Shown here: positions 1 through 13,359 of the stretch, one piece after another
Position numbering within the stretch: position 1 is the first letter of the stretch
How the letters are laid out: every line of letters begins with the position of its first letter
Assembly (NCBI RefSeq): GCF_963676685.1
Contig: NC_092350.1
Span: forward strand, 40,424,001 to 40,488,000
Direction: 5' to 3'
From: Mytilus edulis
Lineage: Eukaryota
Length of the DNA stretch: 64,000 nt
Notes under the pieces: model-generated
The model's input: only the letters and a program-made list of their open reading frames with translations
The model's database searches: none
What the model was told of the DNA's origin: nothing
Translations under genes and position numbers: made by a program

Positions 1-1619
1 CACAGTTATAGATGCACGCAAAAGTTTCTGAATTCACAGAACGCATTTTGTTTCTTAAACCTTTCTCAGCTTTGTCCAAATTTTCTTCCTACCATAAAAT
101 CTATCAGTTTAAAGGTATTTTTAGTTGCATGAAGAAATTTTTTCTCCTTACTTTTAATATACCCTCAGTAGTGAATAAATAATTGAAGTGTTTTATTATA
201 TTGTATTTGAATAGCATTAGGGTAGTTTATATGCAATCAGCTGTTTCAAAATCAAATATTTTATGCAATTACAAGCCTAAGTTTCAGATTAGGGTGAATA
301 TTGTTTTAGATAAGTGTATAAAGGTTGGTACTCATCAAAATGTTTAAACTCACTGCATTTTTTTGCACCAGTCCTAAGTCAGGAATCTGATGTTCAGTAG
401 TTGTCGTTTGTTGATGTGGTTCATAAGTGTTTCTCGTTAAAGTTAAATCAAATCATACAAAGTAATAACTAATAACATTGTATTTTTCTTTGTAGAAATA
501 ATCACCCTTTTATAAAGAAGATATACAGACAACAGATGATACAGCAGCAAATGGAATTTGAACTTTGACCTCAATCCCATCATCCTTAATACAGGAAAGG
601 CAACATCTGATATCAACAGATCCAAGGTTGTGTTGTAATGACCTTGAAAAAATAACCTCCACCATCAGACAACCATTTGCCATACAGAACTATCATTGAA
701 TAAAAGTGTGCATTTTTTGTATCGTAAAAGATGACAATTTTACATGTAACTTTCGTGTCTGTATCTTCTTTTACTTATATTTGTGCAGGTTAAATGCTGA
801 TGAAGCTGTAATTATATCTCCATGTTTTTATTTTTTACTGAATGTGAATATTTTTTTGACAGAATGTAATGTTGTGAACAATATAGTGATATTATTTATT
901 GTAGTGTGACGATAGCCTTTACATTATAAATTTACTGGCAATTAAAAAGATAAGTATATTGTGTTCATGTCAGTATAACGTTTCGGGAAAGACAATGTAT
1001 CTATATTATTATAAGGTGCTTGACAATATATTGAGATTTTATCCAAATAATATTATAGCCATGTAATGTTGTGATATTCAAAACTTTATTTTTACAAATT
1101 AGGATTATAGTATTTACAGTTATATACAAAAAAAAATGTATTTGTATTTATAAGTCAGTTATTCACAAATCTCTTTCAGGGTATAATAGATCTGAAATCT
1201 TAGTGGCATCTCAAATCTGAGTCAATCATTAAGAAATTTTAAAAATTTTAATTCAATTTTTCTGATTGTTCAGTTTTGTTTTTGTCTTGTTTTTGTAAAT
1301 TTTCTTATTTTATTTTTTCTGTTATATTTACCTCATGTTACCAAAAATTCATTGAGACTAGGAATAAATTTCTCCTTATCTCCCTTTTTTTCCATCTTTT
1401 GTCTCTGTTGACAGTTGGGAGAACATTTCAGCATTAATAATTAACCAATCAGATGAAAACATTGAGGTCAGTCAGAACATAGTTGTTTGTATTTAGATAT
1501 AGAATGTTGTTGTGTCAGAGATATTTATTTAGTTGTAAGCCTGATTAAATCTGTTATCATTTGCAATAAATCTCATTCCTTGCCAAACAAAGAGTTTCAA
1601 TTCATGCCTTTTTAAGTTA

Positions 1620-1820
1620 GGGCTGAGTGGTAGCCTGCCAACAATGGGTTTATGAGTTCAAATCATTAATGTGGCAGTTGTGCTCGACTCTAATCTTAAT
1701 TGAACAGGACTGTCAATTTTCCTACTGACTGTTGGTGGTTCTCTTCATGTACACCAGTTTCATCCAACTGCAAAACAGCCAAATATGCTGAAAATGGCAT
1801 TAAATAACAATCAATCAATC
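1620..1820 (+). mobile_element. Degenerate tRNA-derived SINE
   Basis: A-box-like GGCTGAGTGG, B-box-like GAGTTCAAATC, central GTTGGTGGTTCTCT block and (CAAT)n tail; collinear with the copy at 2126-2376. Confidence 0.55.
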
Positions 1821-2125
1821 ATTGCAGAAAAGGAGTTTCCAGGGGAAAAACATATCTAGAATCTTACTTTCAACAAGATACTTGATTAATATGATAAGAT
1901 GGATTAATATAATAAGATGGACTTCTCTTTATCTTGAGATCATTGCTTCTAATTTCAGGTCTTAGTTACCTAATAGGATGATATTGCAAAAAATGAGGTT
2001 CTAGGTATTAACACCAGCAACCATCTATGGTGACATACAAAGAGATCTCTAGATGCTGAGGTCATCATACTAAAACCTAACTGCAATGAGTGCAGATGTT
2101 ACAGTAGTGTTCAAAACTCAGTTGG

Positions 2126-2376
2126 GCCTCAGTGGCTGAGTGGTCTAAGTAGTCTAAGTACTGTATCACTAGCATGTCAACACTGAGGTTGTGAGTTTGA
2201 TACCTGCATGGTGCAGGTGTGTTCAACTCCAATTGCAATTCAGTAGGTTTGTCAATATCCCTACCCAATGTTGGTGGATCTCTTAGGGCATAACAGTTTC
2301 CTCCACCAATAAAACTGAATGCCACAAAATAGCTAAAAATGCTGAAAGTGACATTAAACACCAAACAATCAATCAA
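2126..2376 (+). mobile_element. tRNA-derived SINE
   Basis: A box TGGCTGAGTGG, degenerate B box GAGTTTGATACC, central GGTGGATCTCTT...GTTTCCTCCACCAATAAAACTG domain, CAATCAATCAA tail. Confidence 0.65.
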
Positions 2377-4302
2377 CATTCGTTTTATTAGTTCTTTTCA
2401 TATAATATATGTCCCCCTTCTGATATAACTTATTTATCAGTTGCAAAGAAAACTATTGCAAGTTGTCTGTTGCCCTTTCCAAACTTTATAAAATAAGAAG
2501 ATGTGATATAATTGCCAATGAGACATCTCCACCAAAGACCAATTGCTGTAAAAGGTTAGTGCACGACTAAAGTTTTATTATGATAAAAAAAAAAATTAGA
2601 ATTTCCTTATTATTGCAAAGTTTTAAAATAGCTTTAAGCAAGACATGATTTTTATTTTATTTAGATTATTACTTCAATTTGTCTGATGGAGAAGAAACAA
2701 AAAAGCAATTAAGTAAAAATCACAAAATTAATTTGGATAAAAATAAAGGAGTAATACCATCCATTCATTTGTCTCAATCAATATCTTTGTCCATAGTCTA
2801 ATATTTATTGCTCTTCAAAACGCAGTTCACCATGAAACAAATGCTTTCATTGTATTTCCTAGGTCATTCAGAATTGTGCCCCTTTGAACTTTTTACCATG
2901 TAAATTTCCAACACAATCTCTTTGGCATTTTTTAATGTTTCTAAAGAAAAGTTGGTGCAATTTGTTTGATTTTAAAACGGATATTTACATATGCTTTGAC
3001 ATTGTAGTTTATAGGATTTTGTTGTAAATCTTTCAATTGAACTTTTAAACCAAAAGGTCTCCTGTGAAGTCCCTTTAAACAAACAAAAATCTCGAGTTAT
3101 TGTGACTAATTGATAGGTAGATTGACTAATTGCCAGTGTTGAATGTCCAGTGGCATATATTTCATGACGTAATATGGTTATGAACCAATCATTTACTAGA
3201 CAAAACGTCTGAACAAAAAGAGAAGTTGCAATGAGTGTGAGGCACTTTAACCCGAATATTTCAGTCGTTATATTCCGCTGATCTACGAAGGCTCTTCGTG
3301 TGGGAGAAAATCGGACACGGAAAGGGCTTGAATTATTCGAGTTAGAGGCACTTATTCATTTTGAGATCACCGGTCAAGGTCAAAGTCATAGTTACTAAAA
3401 TATAATATGAGACAGAAAAGGAGTTTCCAGAAAAAATCTCCAGAACCTTACATGAAATTTCAACAAAACATTCAAACGTGGTTGTAAATAATAAGAGGCA
3501 GGTCTCTTTTGATTTTGAGATCATTGCTTCTAATTTAATGTTCAGACCAGAGACATATAATACAAGATGTCTCCGGTCATAATAGTTGCTAGAAATAAGA
3601 CGAAAGTGCAAAAAATGGAGATATTAACACCAGAAACCATATTTGGTCACACACAGAGATATCGGTTGTCTGAGGTCATAATTTCATAGAGATAACGACA
3701 ATGAGTATAGAATACGGCTTCCCCGAATATATCTTGTCTTGTCTTTTATATCACTTATGTTTTTTTTTTTTATCATTTTACCATTACGAGGTTATGATAA
3801 TTTTTTTATTATCTTGTCACTCTAAGATCCGCAAATAATTCCAAAAAGAAAAAAGGTTAGTTAATGCTGTACATTCTATCTAGCGAAGTTGGTCTAGTTT
3901 GTCTTATGTAGATACGTATGAAATTTAAAACGACCAGCTCTGATGGTGGCATGTAGTAGAACCCGGATTTTCCTAGGGGGGCAGTCTATAATTGTTCTTT
4001 GGTTGAAGATTTCTTTATCTTTTTCTGTTCTACACGATACTGCTTGGAATCTGTTGACGTTTGTGTTTTGTTTTGTGTCTTTATGGCGGTTTCAGAATGT
4101 TTAAACTGCCAACAATGACAATTGAGTTGGCGAGTGTGTACATCATCGTCAGTATCAGTCTCAGTCGATATTTTGGGTTTTTCTATTCAAGTGTGTTATG
4201 AGTAGTAACGAATATTGTTGCTCCTTTTTGTACCATTCCCAGTCTATTGTTAATATTCTGGCAAAATAGCCACCATCTTTCATCTGATACTACAATGTAC
4301 TA

Positions 4303-4748
4303 TATACCTGCCAACCCTCCTGTTCAAAAGATGAATATCGGGAAATCTGCCGCTTGCCGGTACCCTCCCGTGCGGCAGTATAGTTGAATGTTTGAATTGA
4401 ATTATAAGAAAGGTATTGAACAGAAAAGATTGAGTTGCATACTTCAAATGCACCATATTTTATTTACCGTCATGGATAAATACTTGAAACAGAAATACTG
4501 CTCCTGTAAATCTGTATATTTGTGACAAAAATATGAAAGAACATTTTAAAGAAAGGAACCAACATCACCATATTAAAGAAATTAAGTATATTTAGTAACA
4601 CATATATGTGTTTTGTAGATAAATAAATAGAGAGGTCATACATTTCACTTGAAAATGTCGTTCGCGCAAAATCCCCTCCCCCTCAGCTGTCAGCTGTCAT
4701 AGTCGAGTGGGGCATCCTCTTTGAAGTTTTCAGAGGTTGGCAGGCATA
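4303..4748. mobile_element. hAT-like MITE (446 bp)
   Basis: TIRs TATACCTGCCAACC / GGTTGGCAGGCATA; exact 8-bp TSD ATGTACTA at 4295-4302 and 4749-4756. Confidence 0.8.
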
Positions 4749-5432
4749 ATGTACTATAATAACATAGTACATGAAGTTTCAGCTGTCATATGCCCCCTTT
4801 ACCATTAATTACTGACTTGAGAAAATTCACATCTGTAATAAAATAACGCATAATAAACAATATTTTAATTGTATTAACATAAACAGAGATATATAATATT
4901 ATATTTTGACCGCTAGTTAACGTTTTGTTATTGTAGCCCATGCACCAAGCATGCGGAGGGTATAATGTTTATAGTGTTTGTTGACGGAACAGCATCGTCA
5001 TATCATCCTTGAGTTTGTATAAAACCAAAATACATAAGACCCACTGCACGAAAACAGGATATAAAAATATAATGTAAATTTCTTTGAATTGATTCGTCAG
5101 TTCAATTAAGGGTATTTGTCAAGTTTGATTACCCCAGCCTTACACAAAAATAAATTAAATCAACATTAGAAAGTTATAAGTATTTGTGATTATACCACTA
5201 TCATTTGGATACTGGTAGACTTAGGCTTTTAAAACATTTCAAAAAGATGACACGTTCTTCCCTTCAACTTTACTGATTAGAGAGGTTTCCACTGGTAGAT
5301 TATGAACGTCTTTTGGCATTAAAGGTCACATAATACAGGCTTTAATATATTTATTAAAAAAAATAACAAATTCTTGTTGCAACTGAAGCTGTTTATGACA
5401 GTACTGTATCATCATTACTGAATACATTTTAA

Positions 5433-8400
5433 TCAACCAAAGGTGGTAGCAGAATCTGACATTGAAGGTGCAAATGTATATAAAGAAACTGTTCCATCGT
5501 TATATGCGGGTACAACTATGTCTGTATAGCCGTCAGCGTTGACATCAGCAAAAGCAAATTGTCCAACTGTTCCCTTGCCAACGTCTACAAACTTATGTGA
5601 TAGGTAGGACCAGTCGTCTGTGCGAGAACTGGATGGTTCCAATATATACCCCTTGCCATCATCATCCCCGGATACCAGTATGTAAGGTTTCTTATCTCTG
5701 CAGAAAGAAAAAAATATTGCATTCACGGTAGTGTTCACTCAAAGTGCGTTTTCTATAGCATTTCACTATAATTAAACCATTTTAGAAGACTGCTGTTTCA
5801 ATGCTTACGTTGCATACGTTTTAACACGTTTTCCAAAAATATAGTGAGAAAAGGGCATTATTCAAAAGGAATGCATAGTACGTTTTGAGTATATTGCTTT
5901 TAGCACAAAGACTTAATTGTTTGTTTTTATTTTTGGCTTTGCGATTTCAGTTTACTAGTAAGTTTGACTTGGTCAGAATATTTGAAACAACTCTTTTTTC
6001 ATCCTTCTTATTAACAACCGGGAAATCATGTATTCCTTAAACATTGATCATAGTAAAATAACAGCTTCTCATCATGAAAGGAAATAAACTCATCATAGAT
6101 ACCAGGACTAAATTTTGTATAAACGTCTGACGCGCGTTACGTCTACATAAGACTCATCAGTGACGCTCGAATCCCCAAAAGTTAAAAAAGGCCAAATAAA
6201 GTACGAAGTTGAAGAGCATTACGGACCAAAATTGCTAAAAGTTTTGCCAAATACAGCTAAGGTAATATATGACTGAGGTAGAAAAGCCTTAGTTTTTCAG
6301 TAAGGGAGCTACCATTTGATTTTTATGGGGGGGGGGGGCTAGGATGAAAAATTTTGTCCTGCATCTTTAGTTGTAATCTCTGTCCTGCCTTTTTACTTTT
6401 CACTCTATTCGGTCCTGCCTTTTTTTTTATTAGTTTATCCTGACTTTTTTTACCTAAATTGTCATCCTGCCTTTTTTTTTTGCAAAGTGTCTCATCCTGC
6501 CTTTTTTTTTTAATCAAAACTCCTGTCCTGCCTATTTTTTTTCAAATTTCATCCTAGCCCCCCCCCCCCCCCCCCCCCCCGTTGGGAGTCAACATATTAT
6601 ACGTACGTTGTGTTTTGTTTCATTGGGTAAAACCCAAAAGCTGAACCAGGAGCACCTTTTCCTGTCCCTGAAGTAGCTGGTGTAAATCCTGTAGCTAAAG
6701 TGTGACGTTCGAATTTACCAACCCTTTAAAGAAAAGATACCAGTTATGATTAAATTATTTTCAGCCAATATATGTTCTATAATTATACAGATTTACATAG
6801 AAGGCTGTATTGGGTTTTTGATCCGAAAAGGAACTATACTCGTCTTTTTTCCTACAATTCATATATACATGTATATAGCAACGCATTATACTTAATTGGA
6901 TGGATCAGATAAATTATCAGAATTAAAACACAAGACAACCGTGCACCAAACACATACATACAGAGTGGCATGCCAACAGCTATAAAACTAAAATTACGTT
7001 TTACCTAAAATCGTCTGGTATTTCATATGCCAATACGGAACCATTGTTGCCATTGGATACTACAAGTAAATCTTGTTTACCGTCCAGATTAAGATCTCTC
7101 ACTTCTATATCAAATAGGGCTCCTGCATTACTATCAACAACACGAGAATGGATCTGAAAAATACGGTTTTATAAGTATTTTTAAAAGAAACAATGTATAA
7201 GCGTTGATTCTTGAAAAAGAAACTAAGTGTAGAGAACGCCACCTACAGTAGAAACCATACTTTGGAAATATAACTTCATGTCGATTTTTTAATTGATTGC
7301 TTAAATACGTTCTGTTAAATCTTAGAACAATCCCATGATATCAGTTACTCATATGTTGATGGTAATTTCAACTCTTCTTGTGGTCTTCTTTTATAGCACA
7401 AAGCGTTAAAATATGTTGCGACTAAAACTTTCAAATGGGTAATAAAATCATAACTAACATTACTAACGTGATTATTAAAAAAAAACACAAAAAAACACAA
7501 AAAAAAAGCACAGTCGCATAAAAAAAGACCTAAAAAAAGGATTTAAAAACCTTCTTATAAAAATCATGTCAAAAACAAGTAAGTTTTATATCAAATGTGT
7601 TTACTTTGGACTTATCTGTCCATCTGTTCTGGCTGTCGGTCGTCCAATGAATGGATAGTTTACGTGTGAAAAACTCTGTTGTTGCTATAACATCAAGTGT
7701 TCCATCTGGCGTTGCTATTTTCAAATTTCTAAAGTACACATCAGGACCATGTGTGATCACGTGTTCTTGCCATACGGATGTGTATTGGTGGTTGTCAGGA
7801 TTCTCCAACCACAACAACTCGCTGTCCTTTGAGGCTACAATATATAGTAGAAAAGACGTAAGTGAGAGGCTTCAAGCTTAATCTCTTCTGTCAAAATTGA
7901 GTGGACAATTTCCAATTTAAACTTATTGTACATTATAAAGGTAGTCATAGAAATACGCTGAAGAACTAGCTATATATATAGTAGGATAAGAGCATTAGAA
8001 ATTATACAAATGATAAACAAAGCAAGAAAATGATACAAAATTAACAGGTTTATAATTCAAGTACAAACAACGTGTTGCGAACGTACGGTCTCCTACTGAA
8101 GAAACCATACTCGGGCAATATAAATTCAATCATAGTGATTTTATAAATCGTTGCCTTAAAAAAAAACGTTCAGTTTAATTCTTACAACAACCCCATGATA
8201 TCAGTTACACCTATGTTGAAGTTAATTTCAACTATCCTTAGTCTTTTATTAAGAAAACAGAACATTAAAATACGCTGCGAATAAAACGTTGAAATGGATC
8301 TAAACACTGATTTACCAATATCTCGTATTAAAATGTTTTCATTAATGATGTGTTTTAACGAACAATACTTACAGAATATTGTAAAAATAGGTTCTCTGGC

Positions 8401-9691
8401 TCTGCATGTGACTATGTCAAGGTCACCATCCCCATCCATGTCCTTGAACAAAACTCTATGATAAAACCAGTTTCCTTCCTTGGTCCCGGTTATTTTGTAT
8501 GGACCTTGTGGACTACCAGTAGAAATGTCTACCAAATAGATGGCACCTTTTGTATGAAATGGTACCAAAAATCCATCAGGTATGACCACCATTGATTTTC
8601 CAAACACAGAATCTGAAAGGATGTAATTAAATAGTTAGTAAGATAAGTATCTTGGAAAATATGGAATCGAATGAATGCCTTATCGGAGCATCGTAATTTC
8701 TCTAGATTTAAAGCAGTTAGCCAATCAAGATATAAAATCATGAAAATGGAAGACATAAAAAAACAAAGAGATAAATCTATGCGATAACTCTTAGTAAAAA
8801 AACCAAGCACTCAGCACTGAAGCCCTGATATGTTTCTCTACCATGCACATGCACTGTTTTATGGCTAATACTAGTAGTACAAGTCAAAATGTGGAACAAC
8901 TATAATTGCAAGTGTTTTCCGTTGATGTAGTTTCATTTCAAAACATATTGTTGTCATGTCTTTTGTCTCTGTTTTAAATATCTAATCTCGTACCGTTTTC
9001 AAAACAAACTTTTATCAAAATTGTGAAAATTCTTATCAATATTTAACAGGTGGCATCTGTATAGAATTGAAGATATAATGAATATGAGGAAACAGCAATA
9101 AAAAAATGTATTGTTTATTACTTTTATAAGTATATATTTTAAGGTATAATTTTTTTTTTTATAAAATCTCATTTGTACCGGTCTCATTTGTCCACCTCAG
9201 TTAAATCCGTTTTCCCCAATTTTAAATATTTCAATAGAAATAGGATGTCAATAGTCTTTTGATAATCTTTTTCGCTTCCCGTTCAATGCTGAATCAATTG
9301 AATGACAAGAAAGTGCAACACTTATATGAAAATAATTCTATTCGGTCAAAACAAAGTTACCCGAAAGATTCCATACTGACCACTTACCGGGTACACCTGC
9401 AACTTCGTTAGGCCAAGCCAATCCTCCGGCCAATTTAACTGTCCGTGTCTGTTCAAAGTTATCATAATGGTCTCCCACATTTGATATCATTTCTACATTA
9501 CCACCAGAGAATGGCGAACCAGTAAATGTCGAAATTAACAAATCATATTTGTTCGAGTTTGCTGTGTTTGTTCTAAAGTTTAGGAAAGCTGCATTCTTTA
9601 CACTGATTTGTCCAATTTTCCGTGGTAAATCAAAACATTTCAAGTTTGCAATATTTAATGCAAACAATAAAGTGACGAATTTATAATTCAT
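5433..9691 (-). CDS. Secreted FG-GAP/VCBS-repeat (integrin-alpha-like beta-propeller) protein, 6 exons, 434 aa
   Basis: Exons 9691-9388, 8612-8373, 7834-7605, 7153-7005, 6723-6607, 5697-5433. All introns are GT-AG with compatible phases (1,1,0,2,2), total 1305 nt. Hydrophobic N-terminus MNYKFVTLLFALNIANLKC. Ca-binding motifs DMDGDGDLDIV, DLNLDGKQDLLV, DVNADGYTDIVV. Exons 4 and 5 are absent from the ORF track and were read manually. Confidence 0.88.
6087..6302 (-). mobile_element. Penelope-like terminal-repeat fragment with a mutated minimal hammerhead (6123-6166)
   Basis: Minus strand GCGTCA-CTGATGA-GTC-TTATGTA-GAC-GTAA-CGCGCG-TC; the GAAA core is changed to GTAA. Homologous to 32993-33097. 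Confidence 0.65.
6303..6579. mobile_element. Truncated MITE-like foldback element in intron 5
   Basis: Inverted repeats GGGGGGCTAGGATGAAA / TTTCATCCTAGCCCCCC enclosing about 30-bp repeats of TCCTGCCTTTTT. Confidence 0.55.
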
Positions 9692-10384
9692 CTCTAGAAA
9701 CAGAACCTATTAACTAAACGTATTCAAATGTTGAGGACTTGGAATATGACGATTATTTATAGATAACGAGTTCATAAAAGCACATGGCTTTCCATGCGTT
9801 TCTTTTGTAAAGATCAGGTGTTTCTTATCTCATTGAATTATATATACTGGTCAAAGTGAAGTCTTTAAATTTTGACACGGTCAAATTTTAACAGCCCCAG
9901 TTGTCATGTTAACAATGAAAGTATCAACAAATTCTATGTTATACATATTGGTAACTCTCGTATAATTTTGTAATGATCATCGACGAATTACGTGTAGACA
10001 TTTTGTTTGTCCCGTCTTGTTTCGTTATTGAAGCTCATCTCTCATGAATTCACAGTTGCTGTAAAAAATACAGTTGGAATTTCATTGTTACAGTACATAA
10101 TGTACTAGTATTACAGGTTCACAACTAACCTGTTTAAAACCAGTTTTCACATAGGACAAACATGAATGCATATATATGTGATGTATATGCCTTTTTTCGC
10201 AAACATTTTACTGGTTGCATCCAGAAGTACAAACATGTACGTCAAGACGAGGATACTCGCTTGAAGGGTTGAATGAGTAATCCATTTCATAGTGGGAGTA
10301 GACATAGATTGTTGGATATTCATATAGTTTTGAGTGGATTAATAATTATCATGGGATTGAGGTCGTCAAGGCTAATCCGCCTTT

Positions 10385-10700
10385 TATGTTGAGATAAAGA
10401 TTAATAACGGAAATGAGAAATGTGTCATAACGACAACAATTCGACCAAAGAGCAGAAAACAACAGAAGGCCAACAATAGGTCTTCAACACAGCGATCGAG
10501 AAAATCGCACACCCGGAGGCGGAGCTTCAGCTGGCCCCTTAACAGGGATACTAGTTCAATGAAAATGAATGTCACACCAACATTTTAAAATTAAAAAAAA
10601 ACACAAAAGACCCAAAAAGTACAGATGCTCATGACTTCGGCTAGACGCAAAAAGCGGCGGGGTTATACGTTTTTTGTGAGGTAACCCTCCCTTAGATGCC
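10385..10700 (-). mobile_element. Old 3'-end fragment of the Penelope-like family at 13071-16679
   Basis: Degenerate match to 13071-13364 (AGGTCTTCAA...CACCCGGAGGCG...CTTCAGCTGGCCCCT...GCGGCGGGGTTA). Confidence 0.65.
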
Positions 10701-11193
10701 TATCAAAATTTTGTAACCTTCATATATGTGGTTGTCGCTATCTTCTCATGTTTGTATGAGAAAATTTACCACAATTTTTTAATTCGTCAATAGCTTTGTC
10801 TTGATTCCAAGAATTGTATAGCTTGGTGTGTCCGCTTGTTGTTTGTTTCAGCCTGTGTTTTGAACTGTTTTTGTTTTTGGTTGACTTGTATTGTTAACAA
10901 AAAAGAAACAAAGGTACATGTATACATGTATACAGAAATATGTTTGACGGGCGTCTGCAACGTCGAATTTTAATCATGATGCAAAATATTTGTTACTTTT
11001 CTTGCAAACAGTTTTAATAAGAAATTAAGTAAAGAACCTGAGCATACAAAGTATTGTATTTTTTGTGTCTTTAATCCTAATGGAAATACAAAACAGATGC
11101 ATATAGCAAACACAAATATATATAACTAAACTACTTAAACCATTTTACATGTGCCTGATCTTGTTTGAACTTACATGCTATGAATAAAATGTT

Positions 11194-12764
11194 CTAATTT
11201 ATAACTTCATAGACAAACACAGTTTGCTTTGCATTTGCAATCAAAAGCTGATTTCTTTTTCTGTCGAAATGTATCGCAACAGGACTTTCCAATCCATCAT
11301 TCTGAGATAAAACTTGTCTGTTTTGAAGTCCATCAGGAGACAGTACTACTATTCGATGTAATTTTGAACAAGCTACTTTAATACATGTACACGTTTTCGC
11401 TGTTATCTACTGCTATGCCACGAGGGCTCATCAAAATATTCTCATCTTTGAATGTCCAGACTGCTTTGCCTTTCATGTCACAACAACTTACAGTTTTAGC
11501 GTTAGTATAATAAAGATTGTTATCGAGCATCTGAATGTATGCCCCTGAAGATAAATTAAACTGTATTATAGCAGTACTTCTTTCGTCCAGAGGGTTTAAT
11601 TTGATAATACCTTTTGAGCGAACACAAACCAACAGAGAGTTATTGTGTAGAATATACTTAGTTGTCTTCATATCTATATCTATCAAATTGACTCCTTTAT
11701 TTGCATCGCTGTTTGACGTTACAACTACTTTTTTATCATCTAGAAACGCTATATCATATGCGTAGGCAGGCTTTACGGAAATGTTACTAAGTCTTTTCCA
11801 GTCGGTACTGAAGACACATACACTTTCGGCACTAAAGTGAAAGTCACTTAAAGCATAATTTCCGCTCGGCAGAGCAATAATTCCTCTAATTACTTTAAGA
11901 TCAGTTTGGATTTCTTTAGCAAGTCTGAATTTAACATCAGTGATTATTCTAATTCTCGTTCCTTCAAGTTTTAACTGAGCTTGTTTTTTTTGTGTATGAT
12001 CAAAGAAAGTTTACACGGACCTCTCTTTACCTTTACTGAACCAAACGTTTCATACTATTGGTAATGTTGTCTATTTTGTCATCGATGTTGAAGAGTAAAG
12101 TATTTTCATCCACACTGTGGTCTTCAATGAGCGACTGTGTTTAAGACTCAACACTATCTAACTCTGATGAGATTATTCGCAATTCATAGTATGTTTGAAA
12201 ATCCATCGCGTACCTGTCCATATCTTGTAATTGTTGTTCAGCTTTGTTTGTGGTATCAGTCTTCCTTTCGAGGATCTGTAAAGTGTGGTTCATATCAATA
12301 TTTATTTTTTCTGTAATCTCAGATATATAATTTCTGATCTTCCTTTCTAATTTGTCAAAATGGTCATTAATCTTTTTTCCTTGCGTCGCTGATCTGGGAC
12401 AACATAGTTTCTTCTTGCGGTTTTATACTTCCCTGTTGTTTCTTTAACACGTTCTGTAGAGTTTTGATGTTTTCATTATTATCTTTCAAACTTTGTTTTG
12501 TTTCATGGCAAAGTATTGACTTTTTAACGTTTTCTCAGTATCATCTTACTTAGGGGAATTATCCCCTTGCATCCTTCATGCTTTTCAATGCATTTAGGAC
12601 AGATAATTGTATCATGACCTTGGCAAACCATTTGATATTGTTCATTAATATGTTCCATGCACATATTACTGGTTTGTGAAATACATGACGACATCGACAA
12701 GAAGTCCAAACAGTGTTATATGTCGATGGTCACAGATATCACAATGTTACTGAATTGATGCCAT
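11194..12764 (-). pseudogene. TRIM-NHL-like copy 1 (pseudogene)
   Basis: ATG GCA TCA ATT CAG TAA gives a stop at codon 6; most of B-box1 is deleted; several frameshifts. B-box2, coiled-coil and NHL fragments are collinear with intact copies (ORFs 12524-12709, 11378-11686). Confidence 0.85.
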
Positions 12765-12876
12765 TTAATGTTTCCTGCAAAGAAAAGGTGTCTGCATAAT
12801 TGTTTTGCACCATGCAAACAATCTGTATTGAAGCAATTTTCTTGGTTTGTTTAACCCAAAATGTAAACAAGTACGG

Positions 12877-12907
12877 AAATATCGCAAAGTTGTTGAGTTA
12901 CCGCCAT
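12877..12907 (-). pseudogene. 5' remnant (about 10 codons, MAVTQQLCDI) of a further TRIM-NHL-like copy
   Basis: Matches 38567-38596 (start of copy 4); homology continues through the acceptor and intron to 13070. Confidence 0.7.
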
Positions 12908-13359
12908 TTAATGTATTCTGAAAATAAGAAAGACACAACATATTTTCCCAAGCAATCGATAAATCGATAAGAATCAAATTAACTTGTTTTGATAAATCCA
13001 CAACAAATTTTAATCCAGCAGCTAGTAAAAACAGAATTTCCCTAGGTTGTGTGAACGGAGTCTGAACGAAATAAAATTGAGAATGGAAATGGGGAATGTG
13101 CCAAAGAGACAACAACCCGACCATAGAAAAAAACAACAGCAGAAGGTCACCAACAGGTCTTCAATGTAGCGAGAAATTCCCGCACCCGGAGGCGTCCTTC
13201 AACTGACCCCTAAACAAATATATACTAGTTCAGTGATAATGAACGCCATACTAATTTCCAAATTGTACACAAAAAACTAAAATTAAAATAATACAAGACT
13301 AACAAAGGCCAGAGGCTCCTGACTTGGGACAGGCGCAAAAATGCGGCGGGGTTAAACAT

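Noticed and set aside
496-568. Possible terminal exon NNHPFIKKIYRQQMIQQQMEFEL* after a TTTTTCTTTGTAG acceptor
   Set aside because: Short, no recognisable homology, and upstream exons would lie outside the window; cannot be supported.
2126-2215. tRNA gene (also 56575-56675)
   Set aside because: A/B boxes are present but there is no cloverleaf; these are SINE heads.
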